Below are positions 9,796 through 21,954 of a DNA stretch of 64,000 bases, piece after piece. The stretch spans positions 22,827 to 86,826 of the forward strand of contig CAYWBU010000001.1 of NCBI GenBank assembly GCA_964456565.1, given 5' to 3'. The position numbers and the translations under genes are program-made. Each line of letters begins with the position of its first letter. Position 1 is the stretch's first letter. The notes below the pieces were generated by a model. That model was not told the origin of the DNA, did not search any database, and saw only the letters and a list, made by a program, of their open reading frames with translations. The DNA comes from an uncultured Bacteriovoracaceae bacterium (GTDB lineage Bacteria; Desulfobacterota; Desulfomonilia; UBA1062).

Positions 9796-11148
9796 ATGAA
9801 AAAAGCCCGTGTACTTCTTGTTGATGACAGCCGCGCAATCAGAAACCGAATCATTGAAAAGCTTGCCAATCTGAATCTGGACATAACCCAGGCCGCCAAT
9901 GGCAGGGATGGGGTTGAGAAGGCCCTGAATGAAAATTATGACCTGATCCTGACCGATGTGGAGATGCCCCATCTGGATGGTTATTCACTGTGCAAGGTGG
10001 TCAAGAAAAACACGCAGACCAGAAGTGTTCCGGTTGTGATTCTCAGTTCACATGATACGGAAAAGGATGTTTTCAGAGGGTTCCAGGTCGGGGCGGCGGC
10101 CTATCTGTCCAAAACCGATATGGACGCCCAGCTTTGTGAGACGATCGAGCGTCTGCTGGCGCAGTCGGTCTTCAAGCGTAACAAGACCATCATGGTGGTG
10201 GATGATTCGATCTCAATCCGGGAACTGGTGACAGATGGACTGCGGGCGGCGGGATTCAAGGTTGTGGTGGCCCGCAGCGGCAAGGATGCCCTGTCGAAGA
10301 TGAAGAGGGGGATGCTGCCGGACCTGATCCTGTCGGATATAGAAATGCCGGATATGGATGGGCTGGATTTCTGTTCCAGGGTGCACCGCAATCCGCAGTG
10401 GACGCAGATCCCCTTTGTGGTCATGAGTGTGCACAGCGGGCGGGCCCTGATAAGAAATATGATGCAGCGAGGTGCGGACGGTTACATTGTCAAGCCTTTT
10501 GATCTGGAACAGCTGGTGGTCACGGTTGAACATTTCCTTTCCTATCAGTTTGACCTGCTGAAGAAAGACCGCGAACGGCTGGAATCCGAAAGACTGCATA
10601 TGCTGGCCAGCATAACCAGCATGACGGTTGCGCTTGAGGCGCGTGACCGCTATACCCGCGGGCACTCCGAGGCGGTTTCCTGCATTCTGACTAAAATGGC
10701 CACTGTTATGGGAATGTCGGATGAGGATATGGAAATTCTTACAATTGCGGGAAGGCTTCATGATATCGGCAAGATCGGGGTGCCGGATAATATTCTTCTG
10801 AAGCCTGGTAAACTGACTTATGCGGAGTTTGAGGTAATCAAGAAACACCCTCTGATAGGGGCCAATATTCTGGAATCCATCCCGACCCTGGAAAAGATTC
10901 TGCCCGTTATTATCCATCACCATGAGCGGATTGACGGCATGGGCTATCCTGAGGGACTCAAGGGCAAGAAGATTCCGCTATGGGCGCGGATGACATCCGT
11001 GGCGGACACCTATGATGCCCTTACCAGTGACCGTCCTTACCGCAAGGGCATGCCGGCCGAGAAGGCCTTGCAGATCATCACTGAAATTCAGGATGGTCAG
11101 CTTTGCCCGGATTGTGTGCAGGCCTTCCTGAAGATCATGCATCAGTAG
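9796..11148 (+). CDS. dual-receiver response regulator with HD-GYP phosphodiesterase output
   Basis: Two REC domains (LILTDVEMP, LILSDIEMP), then HDIGKIGVP...HHHERIDGMGYP (HD and GYP motifs). Confidence 0.85.
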   Translation: MKKARVLLVDDSRAIRNRIIEKLANLNLDITQAANGRDGVEKALNENYDLILTDVEMPHLDGYSLCKVVKKNTQTRSVPVVILSSHDTEKDVFRGFQVGAAAYLSKTDMDAQLCETIERLLAQSVFKRNKTIMVVDDSISIRELVTDGLRAAGFKVVVARSGKDALSKMKRGMLPDLILSDIEMPDMDGLDFCSRVHRNPQWTQIPFVVMSVHSGRALIRNMMQRGADGYIVKPFDLEQLVVTVEHFLSYQFDLLKKDRERLESERLHMLASITSMTVALEARDRYTRGHSEAVSCILTKMATVMGMSDEDMEILTIAGRLHDIGKIGVPDNILLKPGKLTYAEFEVIKKHPLIGANILESIPTLEKILPVIIHHHERIDGMGYPEGLKGKKIPLWARMTSVADTYDALTSDRPYRKGMPAEKALQIITEIQDGQLCPDCVQAFLKIMHQ

Positions 11149-11229
11149 GGATTGGTTTTTTGCCGGATCATAGGTCTGGAAATATTCCCCGATATATATT
11201 AAACCTCATGGCAGTTTCCAAATCTGACA

Positions 11230-11952
11230 GTGGAGCACGTTGTGGCGAAATCAAAGAAAATCTATGCGGTTGCCGCAGGTCGGCGGCCGGGGATATATGA
11301 TACCTGGTTCGGTCCGGAAGGGGCCCAGGTCCAGGTTGCCGGATATAAGGGGGCCCGGTACAAGGGGTTCGCTTCCAAAGGGGAGGCTCTGGCCTGGCTC
11401 GGTAATGCCCCGGTGGATGAAGTCGCTGTCGGTCCTGCGGCAGACGATGTGGGCCGTGTGATCATCCATACCGACGGCGGTTGCCTGAACAATCCCGGTC
11501 CCGGCGGATATGGGGCTGTGATCAGTATAGATGGCCATCGGAAGGAGATCTACGAGGGCTTTGTGCATACGACCAATAACCGGATGGAACTCAAGGCCTG
11601 CATCGAAGCCCTGAAGAGCGTTGATCCGGCCCTGCCGGTAGTGCTTTACAGCGATTCCAGTTATGTGGTGAACGGTGTCTCCAAAGGCTGGGCCCGTAAA
11701 TGGCGCAAGAACGGCTGGATCAAGAGCAACGGCCAGCCGGCGGAAAATTATGACCTGTGGCAGGAAATGCTGGCGGTGCTGAACGGCCGGCAGGTTGAAA
11801 TGCGCTGGGTCAAGGGGCATGCCGGTATTCCGGAAAATGAGCGCTGTGATGAACTGGCCGGCAATGCGGCCCGCCGGAGAGATCGCAGGATTGATGAGGC
11901 CTTTGAAAATCAGGCCACAACCATTCAGGCCCGCCTGGATATCACCCGCTGA
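11230..11952 (+). CDS. rnhA: ribonuclease HI with N-terminal hybrid-binding (RNase H1 N-terminal / viroplasmin-type) domain
   Basis: KKIYAVAAGRRPGIYDTWFGPEGAQVQVAGYKGARYKGFASKGEALAWL is the HBD fold motif. The catalytic core is IHTDGGCLNNPGPGGYGAV...NNRMEL...YSDS...KGH..ENERCDELA. Confidence 0.8.
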   Translation: MEHVVAKSKKIYAVAAGRRPGIYDTWFGPEGAQVQVAGYKGARYKGFASKGEALAWLGNAPVDEVAVGPAADDVGRVIIHTDGGCLNNPGPGGYGAVISIDGHRKEIYEGFVHTTNNRMELKACIEALKSVDPALPVVLYSDSSYVVNGVSKGWARKWRKNGWIKSNGQPAENYDLWQEMLAVLNGRQVEMRWVKGHAGIPENERCDELAGNAARRRDRRIDEAFENQATTIQARLDITR

Positions 11953-11955
11953 GCC

Positions 11956-13854
11956 ATGCCGCTGCTTTCGCTGAACAATGTCTCGATGGCCTTCAGCGGT
12001 CCGAATCTGCTGGAAGATGCGACCCTGCACATGGAAAAAGGGGAAAAGATCTGCCTGCTGGGGCGCAACGGGGCCGGCAAGACAACGATTCTGCGGCTGC
12101 TCAATGGTGAGGTGCAGCCTGACAGCGGAACCCTGACCCGTCTCAAAGGGGTGCGGGTCGCCATGCTGATGCAGGAAGTTCCGCAGGGCAGTGCCTCCAA
12201 GACTGTCTATGAAGTTGTGGCAGGCGGGCGGCAGGATCATTACACCCTTCTGTCACGGTATCACGGGGTGCTGGCGGAACTGGCATTGAGGCCCGAAGAC
12301 CGCGGCCTGCAGGACGAAACCGATCGACTGCAGTCCCAGATGGATGCTGCCGGCGCCTGGGATGCGGACAAACATGTCAATGACGTGATTACTGAGATGG
12401 GCCTGACGCCCACGGCAGATTTCCGGACACTTTCGGCCGGGATGAAGCGCCGGGGGTTGCTTGCCCGGGCGCTGGTGAGTGATCCGGACATCCTTTTGCT
12501 GGATGAGCCCACCAACCACCTCGATCTTGAGTCGATCCTGTGGCTTGAAAATTTTTTGCTGGAATATGACAAGACGGTTGTCTTTGTGACGCATGACCGT
12601 TCGCTGGTGCGCCGCCTTGCCACCCGGATAGTTGAGATCGATCGGGCCCGACTGGTATCCTATGCCTGCGGTTATGAAGGTTACCATGAGCGCCGGCAAG
12701 CCCTGCTGGACGCCGAAGAAAATGCCAACCGCCGCTTTGATTCCCAGCTTGAAGCTGAAGAACTCTGGATCCGCAAGGGAATCAAGGCCCGTCGTACCCG
12801 CAACGAAGGACGGGTGCGGGCCCTCGAACAGATGCGGGCGGAACGTCTGAAACGGCGCGAGAAGACTGGCAATGTCAGGCTTCGGATTCAGGAGGCCGAA
12901 AAAAGCGGCCGGCTGGTGGCGGAGGTCGTGGATGCGGCATTCTCATATGACAATAGAGACATATTTAAAGATTTTTCATTACTGCTGACGCGCGGTGACC
13001 GGCTTGGCATAATCGGACCCAATGGCTGCGGCAAGACGACCCTGCTGAAGGTTATTCTGGGGGAACTTCCGGTCAAGCGGGGTTCGGTGAGGCTGGGAAC
13101 CCGCATTGAAGTGGCCTATTTCGATCAGCTGCGGGACCTCATCGATGAAAATAAGACCCTGGTGGAGATTATTGGTGAAGGCAATGACCGGATTTTTATG
13201 AACGGCCAGGATTTGCACGTAATCAGCTATCTCAAAGATTTTCTGTTCACGCCGCAGCAGGCCAATGCGCCGGCCAAGATGCTCTCCGGCGGAGAAAAAA
13301 ACCGGCTGTTGCTGGCCCGGATGTTCACGCGGCCCTCCAATGTGATTGTTCTGGATGAGCCCACCAATGACCTGGATGTCGAAACCATGGAGCTCCTTGA
13401 AGAAAAGCTGCTGGAGTACGGCGGAACCGTAATTGTCGTCAGCCATGACCGGGATTTTCTCAACAATGTTGTGACCTCGATTCTGGCGTTTGAGGGTGAG
13501 CGGGCGGTCAATGAATATGTAGGCGGCTACGACGACTGGCTGCGCCAGCGTCGGGTAATGCCGCAGAATGCCGCACAGGGGGCATCCAGCCCTAAACCCG
13601 GCAGGACTAAAACCCGGCCCCGCAAACTTTCCAATCGTGAACGTCTTGAACTGCAGCATCTGCCCGAAACCATCGAGCAGCTGGAAGATGAAAAAGACCA
13701 GCTGACCCTTAAGCTGGGGGATCCTTCCTTCTACAAGAACAATGCGGCTGATGCCGGGGGTATTCAGGACAGGATCGACCAGATCGATCAGGATCTGGCG
13801 CAGGCCTATGTGCGCTGGGAGGAGCTTGAAGGTATTGAAGGCAGCAATAACTGA
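11956..13854 (+). CDS. uup: ABC-F family ATPase (Uup-like: two NBDs plus C-terminal coiled-coil)
   Basis: Two Walker A motifs (GRNGAGKTT, GPNGCGKTT) and two signature motifs (LSAGMKRR, LSGGEKNR), with a charged coiled-coil tail. Confidence 0.85.
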   Translation: MPLLSLNNVSMAFSGPNLLEDATLHMEKGEKICLLGRNGAGKTTILRLLNGEVQPDSGTLTRLKGVRVAMLMQEVPQGSASKTVYEVVAGGRQDHYTLLSRYHGVLAELALRPEDRGLQDETDRLQSQMDAAGAWDADKHVNDVITEMGLTPTADFRTLSAGMKRRGLLARALVSDPDILLLDEPTNHLDLESILWLENFLLEYDKTVVFVTHDRSLVRRLATRIVEIDRARLVSYACGYEGYHERRQALLDAEENANRRFDSQLEAEELWIRKGIKARRTRNEGRVRALEQMRAERLKRREKTGNVRLRIQEAEKSGRLVAEVVDAAFSYDNRDIFKDFSLLLTRGDRLGIIGPNGCGKTTLLKVILGELPVKRGSVRLGTRIEVAYFDQLRDLIDENKTLVEIIGEGNDRIFMNGQDLHVISYLKDFLFTPQQANAPAKMLSGGEKNRLLLARMFTRPSNVIVLDEPTNDLDVETMELLEEKLLEYGGTVIVVSHDRDFLNNVVTSILAFEGERAVNEYVGGYDDWLRQRRVMPQNAAQGASSPKPGRTKTRPRKLSNRERLELQHLPETIEQLEDEKDQLTLKLGDPSFYKNNAADAGGIQDRIDQIDQDLAQAYVRWEELEGIEGSNN

Positions 13855-14614
13855 GCTGATACTCGCCTTGCTGCTTTGCGGGTGTATCACGACGGTGAGT
13901 GACGGCGATCAGGTTGAAATTGCCCGCAGGATTTTTGCGAATGAATGCGGTGCCCGCCTTGAGCTGTTGACCGCCTGGAACCGTGGCGAAGATTTCGCTT
14001 CTCTGGGAATCGGCCATTTTATCTGGTATCCGGCCGGGCAGGAAGGGATCTATACCGAGACCTTCCCGGAGCTGACGGGTTTCATGCTGCAGCAGGGCAT
14101 TGCAGTGCCGGCCTGGCTGCAGGGAGACTGTCCCTGGCCCGACAGGGAGGCCTTCATGGCTGACATTGATTCTCCCGAAATGCTCCGTCTGCGCCTTTTT
14201 CTACAGGATACTATGGAATATCAGACCGCCTTCATGCTCAAACGCCTGGATCGGGCCCTGCCGGGGATGGTTGTTGCAGCCCCCTGGGGTGATAAACTGC
14301 CGGTACTCTGGCAGTTTATGCGAGTGCGTTTGTCGGCGGGAGGACACTACGCCCTGGTGGATTATGCGAATTTCAAGGGTGAGGGCACCTGTGCAACGGA
14401 ACGTTATGGTGGCTACGGCTGGGGGCTGTTGCAGGTCTTGAGCGGGATGCGGGGGGTCTGGCCCGGCGAGCAGGCCCTGCTGGATTTTGCCCGGTCCGCA
14501 GAGGAAGTGCTTGAAAGACGCGTCCAGCTGGCCCCGCCTGAACGCAAAGAGATTCGCTGGCTACCCGGCTGGAAGAGACGGATTGCAACCTATATCATCA
14601 GAGATTTTCCATGA
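13808..14614 (+). CDS. putative lipoprotein of unknown function
   Basis: Signal peptide ending ...LILALLLCGC, lipobox-like. The start is uncertain (ATG at 13808 inside the 3' end of uup). No recognisable domain. Confidence 0.45.
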   Translation: MCAGRSLKVLKAAITELILALLLCGCITTVSDGDQVEIARRIFANECGARLELLTAWNRGEDFASLGIGHFIWYPAGQEGIYTETFPELTGFMLQQGIAVPAWLQGDCPWPDREAFMADIDSPEMLRLRLFLQDTMEYQTAFMLKRLDRALPGMVVAAPWGDKLPVLWQFMRVRLSAGGHYALVDYANFKGEGTCATERYGGYGWGLLQVLSGMRGVWPGEQALLDFARSAEEVLERRVQLAPPERKEIRWLPGWKRRIATYIIRDFP

Positions 14615-15218
14615 TGTCCTGATCGGCGTCCTTGCCGGAATCCTTGCGGCTCTTGTAGGTCAGTTCATGTCTGATTTCCATGTCATCGCCCCAGAGTTTC
14701 ATCTCCAGATCGGTATATTCGGTGCGCCAGGAGACTTTGTATTCGAGGTCTCCCATGCTGAGTGCCAGTCCCCAGCTGGGTTTGCTGCTGCGGTATTGGG
14801 GATTGTGCCAGATCACCTCATCGCTCAGCGGTTCGCCATATTTTTTGGTGAGCAGATCCTTGAGCTTGGTGTAGGCCTCAATATAACCGGCTCGCTCCCA
14901 GTGTTTTTCCTGCAGGATGTAACGGCCGGCCACTAGGCTGTTATCAATGAAATCATAGACAATCATGGCCGAATAGCCTGCCAGGCTGCCGTCATAGACC
15001 AGTGATTTGTCATCCTTGACCTTCAGCTTGGATTTTTCGCGATGCTTGACCTTTCTCTTTGACATGCCCCATTCGCATTGCCGGAAGTCCTGACGATATT
15101 CCTTTTTTTTGAAGATTTTGGTCAGGCCGTCTGCAGATGGAGATTCTGGGTCATCCCCGGCATAGAGAGAGACTGTTGCGAACAAAACCAAAAGCAGCAG
15201 GATTGCAATTTTTTTCAT
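14598..15218 (-). CDS. secreted hypothetical protein
   Basis: MKKIAILLLLVLFATVSLYA signal peptide with an AGAGGTGG RBS. Its 3' end overlaps the 3' end of the convergent lipoprotein ORF. Confidence 0.5.
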   Translation of the reverse strand: MKKIAILLLLVLFATVSLYAGDDPESPSADGLTKIFKKKEYRQDFRQCEWGMSKRKVKHREKSKLKVKDDKSLVYDGSLAGYSAMIVYDFIDNSLVAGRYILQEKHWERAGYIEAYTKLKDLLTKKYGEPLSDEVIWHNPQYRSSKPSWGLALSMGDLEYKVSWRTEYTDLEMKLWGDDMEIRHELTYKSRKDSGKDADQDIMENL

Positions 15219-15437
15219 GATAACCACCTCTTTGATTATATTTGAGATCTAACATAACCCCGCCGGGATTAGCAAGCGGGTCCCCAATAAAAACAGATTG
15301 AAAATAAAATTTTGACTAAGCCGGGGGCATGGTATATTTTGAGGCATATTCTTGTAATGAATGTTATTCGATTCAGGAGACTTAGCGGTTGGGTATGGTG
15401 TAGGTCAGCCAGAAGTTGATGGCAGCCGGGAAATAGA

Positions 15438-18400
15438 ATGAATTTTGCGAAGAATACAGGTAGTCTGGGATGCGTATGGCCGATTGCGGCCTTGATTCTT
15501 TTGTTGGCAGGCCTTCCCGCATGGGCATCTGACACGCTCGTGATGGGTGACGACAGCTCAACCCTGCTGGTGGGAAAATATCTGGACATCCTGGAAGACC
15601 CCGACGATGATTTTTCCATTGAATATGTCGCTTCGCTGACAGAGCAGTGGCGCGGGAATGATCGGGACTATTTCAATCAGAGCCATTCTTCATCGGCCTT
15701 TTGGCTGCATCTGAGGGTGGACAGCCGCATAACGCAGAATCGCTACTGGTATCTGGAGGTTGACAATCCCATCCTGGACCGGATCGAGGTATATTATCCC
15801 GACGATGACGGTTCCTTCGCCAGAAAGATAACCGGGGACACGCTGCCCTATGCCAGCCGGGACACGAATGACCATACATTTTTTTTCAAGCTGGAAGCGG
15901 TGCCCGGGATAAGTGATTATTACATAAAGATCATGGATCGCGGCGGATTTTTCTTCAGGGTCAAGGCGCACACCGCTGATGGTTATGTGGCTAGCCGTAA
16001 AAAAGAGTTGCCGGTTTACTGGTTCTATTTCGGGCTGATGGCGGTCATGATTTTTTATAATTTTTTCCTGTACATCTCGACCCGTGAACGCAGCTATCTG
16101 TTTTTCCTGATATTTGTCGGAAATTTCCTGCTTTTTGAATTTGCCTACAGCGGATTTGCCTACCAGTATCTGTGGCCGAAATCCACCTGGTGGGCCAATC
16201 AGAGCATCATGATCTCCGCCAATTTTTTTCTGGTATTTTTCCCGCTGTTTTTTATGGCATATCTGAATACCCGTGAGTATTTCCCGCGGATTCACCGCTG
16301 GACACTGGCAACCTCCCTGCTGCCAGGCTTGGCCGCGTCAATCTATTCCATCGGTGGCCGCTATGCCATCACCGCTAATGTGATTCTTGTGCTTGCCATG
16401 TACAACCTGATTTTTTACTCCGGGGTTATCATTCACCTGGTCTTTGTGAGAAAGATCCGGCAGGCGGCTTATCTGCTGGCTTCGATGGTGGCCTTCATCG
16501 TAATGATCCCGTTTACCCTGCTGTTTGAATTTGATCTGGTGTCCTACAGTTTTTTGGCCAAATGGAGTACGGAGATCGGGTCGGCCATGGCGGTTGTTCT
16601 GATGTCGCTCGGCGTGGCCGACAAGGTCAACGAGATCAAGGATAATCTGATTGCCAGCAATGAAAACCTTTCTATTTTCAAGGGCTTTGCTGAGGCGTCG
16701 GGCCAGGGTTTGAGCATGGCCGATATGGAAGGCCGGATTGCCTATGCCAATTCGGCCATGTGCCGGATTTTTGATGTCAGGCGGCCGGATGAGATTGTCG
16801 GCCGCAACGTTACCGACTTCTATGATGACGCTTTCATCAACCGCTTGGCCACCGATATATCAATCAGGGTCCTGAACGAAGGCGAATGGACTGGGGAAAT
16901 GCAGGTCAAAACGGCGCATGGACGCCTGATTCCCTCGATCATAAATATCTTTCTGATCCGCGACCGGGATAACCGCCCCCTGTATTTTGCCAGTGTGCTG
17001 ACGGATATCTCCGAAAGAAAGCGGGCCGAGGAGGCCCTGCGTGAAAGTGAGGCCAAGTACCGGGAGCTGATTCAGAATTCCAACAGCATTATTATCCGGA
17101 TGACATCCTCGGGAGAGATCTCGTTCATGAATGATTATGCCCTGCGCTATTTCGGTTACGGAGAAGACGAGATCGTGGGCCGCAACGTCATCGGCAGCCT
17201 GATTGAGCCGGGGAGTGCCGCGGAAGATTTTTTCCACAAGATGATCACCGGAATAGCCGCCAACCCGGAAAATTATCTGTCTGCCGAAACCGAAAATATT
17301 CTCAAAAGCGGATCTCCGGTATGGGTGTCGTGGAACAACAAGGCCCTGTCGGATGAGAATGGCAAGATCATCGGTATTTTTTCCATCGGCAGTGATGTAA
17401 CCGAAAGGCGTCAGCTGGAAGACCAGTTGCGTCAGGCCCAGAAAATGGAATCCATCGGGACCCTTGCGGGCGGAATTGCCCATGATTTCAACAATATCCT
17501 GTCTCCCATCATTGGTTTCACCGAGATGACCATCGACCAGCTGCCGGCGGACAGCCGGGCCCGTTCAAACCTGGAAAAGGTGCTGAAGGCTGCTGACAGG
17601 GCCAAGGATATGGTGAAGCATATCCTGACTTTCAGTCGTCAGGGAGAACAGGAACACAAACCCGTCGAGATTCAGTACATCCTCAAAGAGGCCCTTAAAC
17701 TGCTGCGGGCGACCTTGCCGGCCACCATTGATATCCAGCAGGAGATCGACGACCACTGCGGACCGGTTCTGGCTGATCCGACCCAGGTGCATCAGGTCCT
17801 GATGAACCTTTGCACCAATGCCTACCATGCCATGCAGGACCATGGCGGAATCTTGAAGGTGGGCCTGAAAGAGGTCACCATCGCGGAGGAAGATCGGGAT
17901 ATGTTCCTGGAGCTGCGGCCGGGGGCCTATGTCAGGCTGGAGGTCTCCGATACGGGCTGCGGTATGGATGAATCTGTCCGCCAGCGGATTTTTGATCCTT
18001 ATTTTACCACCAAGGCCCCTGATCGTGGCACCGGCATGGGGTTGGCGGTGGTGCATGGAATCGTTAAAAGCCATGACGGCCAGATCATCGTCGACAGTGA
18101 GCCCGGGAAGGGGGCCTCTTTCTACGTCTATCTGCCGCGGATTGCGGCCTACGACAAACAGGTGGAAGAGGTTCGTCTGCCCCTGTATCCCAGAGGCAGG
18201 GAGCGGATCCTCCTGGTGGACGACGAGATGCACATTGTCGAGATGATGCAGCAGATGCTTGGAATGCTTGGCTACGAGGTTACGACCCGTCTGAGCAGCG
18301 CCGAAGCCCTGGAGCTGTTCCGGGGAGATCCCCAGGCCTTTGATCTGGTCATAACCGATCAGACCATGCCGGCCATGACCGGTGAAGAACTGACCCGGGA

Positions 18401-18563
18401 GATTATGGCTGTCAGGCCGGATATTCCGGTTATCCTGTGTACCGGATTCAGTGAAAACTTCACCGAGGAGGCCGCCCGTCAACTGGGGATTCGCGAATAT
18501 ATAATGAAACCGGTGGATATGAATATTATTTCGCACGGGGTGCGCCGGGCGCTGGATGGCTGA
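15438..18563 (+). CDS. hybrid sensor histidine kinase (7TMR-DISM extracellular and 7TM domains, two PAS, HisKA, HATPase_c, C-terminal REC)
   Basis: Signal peptide plus periplasmic domain, then about 7 TM helices. H-box GGIAHDFNNIL, ATPase boxes, and C-terminal RILLVDDE...LVITDQTMP...KP. Confidence 0.85.
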   Translation: MNFAKNTGSLGCVWPIAALILLLAGLPAWASDTLVMGDDSSTLLVGKYLDILEDPDDDFSIEYVASLTEQWRGNDRDYFNQSHSSSAFWLHLRVDSRITQNRYWYLEVDNPILDRIEVYYPDDDGSFARKITGDTLPYASRDTNDHTFFFKLEAVPGISDYYIKIMDRGGFFFRVKAHTADGYVASRKKELPVYWFYFGLMAVMIFYNFFLYISTRERSYLFFLIFVGNFLLFEFAYSGFAYQYLWPKSTWWANQSIMISANFFLVFFPLFFMAYLNTREYFPRIHRWTLATSLLPGLAASIYSIGGRYAITANVILVLAMYNLIFYSGVIIHLVFVRKIRQAAYLLASMVAFIVMIPFTLLFEFDLVSYSFLAKWSTEIGSAMAVVLMSLGVADKVNEIKDNLIASNENLSIFKGFAEASGQGLSMADMEGRIAYANSAMCRIFDVRRPDEIVGRNVTDFYDDAFINRLATDISIRVLNEGEWTGEMQVKTAHGRLIPSIINIFLIRDRDNRPLYFASVLTDISERKRAEEALRESEAKYRELIQNSNSIIIRMTSSGEISFMNDYALRYFGYGEDEIVGRNVIGSLIEPGSAAEDFFHKMITGIAANPENYLSAETENILKSGSPVWVSWNNKALSDENGKIIGIFSIGSDVTERRQLEDQLRQAQKMESIGTLAGGIAHDFNNILSPIIGFTEMTIDQLPADSRARSNLEKVLKAADRAKDMVKHILTFSRQGEQEHKPVEIQYILKEALKLLRATLPATIDIQQEIDDHCGPVLADPTQVHQVLMNLCTNAYHAMQDHGGILKVGLKEVTIAEEDRDMFLELRPGAYVRLEVSDTGCGMDESVRQRIFDPYFTTKAPDRGTGMGLAVVHGIVKSHDGQIIVDSEPGKGASFYVYLPRIAAYDKQVEEVRLPLYPRGRERILLVDDEMHIVEMMQQMLGMLGYEVTTRLSSAEALELFRGDPQAFDLVITDQTMPAMTGEELTREIMAVRPDIPVILCTGFSENFTEEAARQLGIREYIMKPVDMNIISHGVRRALDG

Positions 18564-18567
18564 AACA

Positions 18568-18942
18568 CTAAGGGTTGACGGCAGATCTGACTTTCTGGCC
18601 GATTTCGGCGGATATCTTTTGGGTTGATTCCAGCAGCTCCGTTTTGCGGTCGGGCTTGTTTCCAGCGGAACCAGGATCACCCCGGAACTTGAACACGTTT
18701 ACTGAGGGATTGATCACGATTGTTTCAAATTCTGCACCAGCAGGTTTCTTATCGGAGAAGACTAGGTAACCACTGCTGTCCAGCCACTTGTAGATAACCA
18801 CGCCTTGCTCCGCATGGTTTTTTGCAGTAACGGCTGTGTTTCCCGGGGATGGAGAATTGTTCTGATTCCCGGAGATCTGCAGCAGAATTATTGCCGTCAA
18901 GGCCAAAACCGCCACCAACAGGACCATCAGCGATTTTTTCAT
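18568..18942 (-). CDS. small secreted DUF4124-like protein
   Basis: Signal peptide followed by VIYKWLDSSGYLVFSDKKP, resembling the DUF4124 YKWxDxxGxxHFSD motif. Confidence 0.45.
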   Translation of the reverse strand: MKKSLMVLLVAVLALTAIILLQISGNQNNSPSPGNTAVTAKNHAEQGVVIYKWLDSSGYLVFSDKKPAGAEFETIVINPSVNVFKFRGDPGSAGNKPDRKTELLESTQKISAEIGQKVRSAVNP

Positions 18943-18989
18943 GATTAAATTATACAGATAATCAGCAGGTTAGCAAGTACTTGTGCAGA

Positions 18990-19970
18990 TCAATTCACCG
19001 GGATGCTGTCCGGCAGATATTTTTTGATAGCGCTGCTGGAGCGAATGGTGCCGTTTTTATGGATGACAATCCAGTCGATTCCGCGTTTCTGCAGGGCCGG
19101 AGCGAGTCGGTCGGGGCCTTTGACAAAGAGGGCCGTGGCCCAGGCGTCTGCCACAGCCCCTGAGGATGCGATGGCTGTGGCGCTGATATAGTCTGAAGGG
19201 GAGAATCCGGTAGCCGGATCAAGGATATGACAGTAGCGCTGCCCGTCGGCGACAAGGTATCTCTCATAGTCACCCGATGTGGCGATGGCCCGGTTTGAAA
19301 CCGGAATTGCCGCAATGATTCCTGCCCCGCGCGGATTCTTGATGCCGATCTTCCAGGACCGCTGCCCAAAGGCCGTGATATCTCCGCCGGCGTTGATGAG
19401 CCCGTTTCTGATGCCGGCTTCCTGCATGGCCTTTACGCCCATATCCGCAGCATAGCCTTTGGCAATGGCGCCCAGGTCGATCGTCAACCCGTCCGTCAGG
19501 CGGATGGTGCGGCCGTCTTCATCAAGGGTGATGCCGTCTTCCGCTGGGGAATTTTTCCAGTGCAGCAGCTCGGCTTCGGTGGGCAGGCGGTAGGCATGTG
19601 TGCCGGTGAAGCCCCAGGCATCCAGCACCGGACGCAGCGACAGCGACAAGGCTCCTCCGGAAGCCTCATGGATATCGAGCGCCTGGGTGATCAGTCCGTA
19701 GACTTCGACATCTTTCAATATTTTTTCCGTGTTAAGGATGCTGATCCGGGAGTTGTCATAACCGAACTGGTCATCAACGCGGTTGATTTCCTGCATGGCC
19801 TTGCGGATTGCGGCCGTGGTGAGCTCCTGAGCCCCTTCGGCCTTGATCTCCACAATGGTGTCCATGACAAAGGCCTCCATGGAATGACACTGTGGTTCGG
19901 GTTTGATCCTGAAGGCCAGGGCCGTTATGATCAGGATGGCAAGTGTGATATATCCTAGGTGTTTTTTCAT
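18990..19970 (-). CDS. apbE: FAD:protein FMN transferase (ApbE family), probable lipoprotein
   Basis: ApbE-like core (AIAKGYAAD...GGDI...ATSGDYER) with an N-terminal signal peptide. Confidence 0.7.
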   Translation of the reverse strand: MKKHLGYITLAILIITALAFRIKPEPQCHSMEAFVMDTIVEIKAEGAQELTTAAIRKAMQEINRVDDQFGYDNSRISILNTEKILKDVEVYGLITQALDIHEASGGALSLSLRPVLDAWGFTGTHAYRLPTEAELLHWKNSPAEDGITLDEDGRTIRLTDGLTIDLGAIAKGYAADMGVKAMQEAGIRNGLINAGGDITAFGQRSWKIGIKNPRGAGIIAAIPVSNRAIATSGDYERYLVADGQRYCHILDPATGFSPSDYISATAIASSGAVADAWATALFVKGPDRLAPALQKRGIDWIVIHKNGTIRSSSAIKKYLPDSIPVN

Positions 19971-20012
19971 GCTTTTTTATGGGGGCGGCGGGCGCCCCCT
20001 GATCTGATTCGA

Positions 20013-21931
<1,919 letters not shown>

Positions 21932-21954
<23 letters not shown>

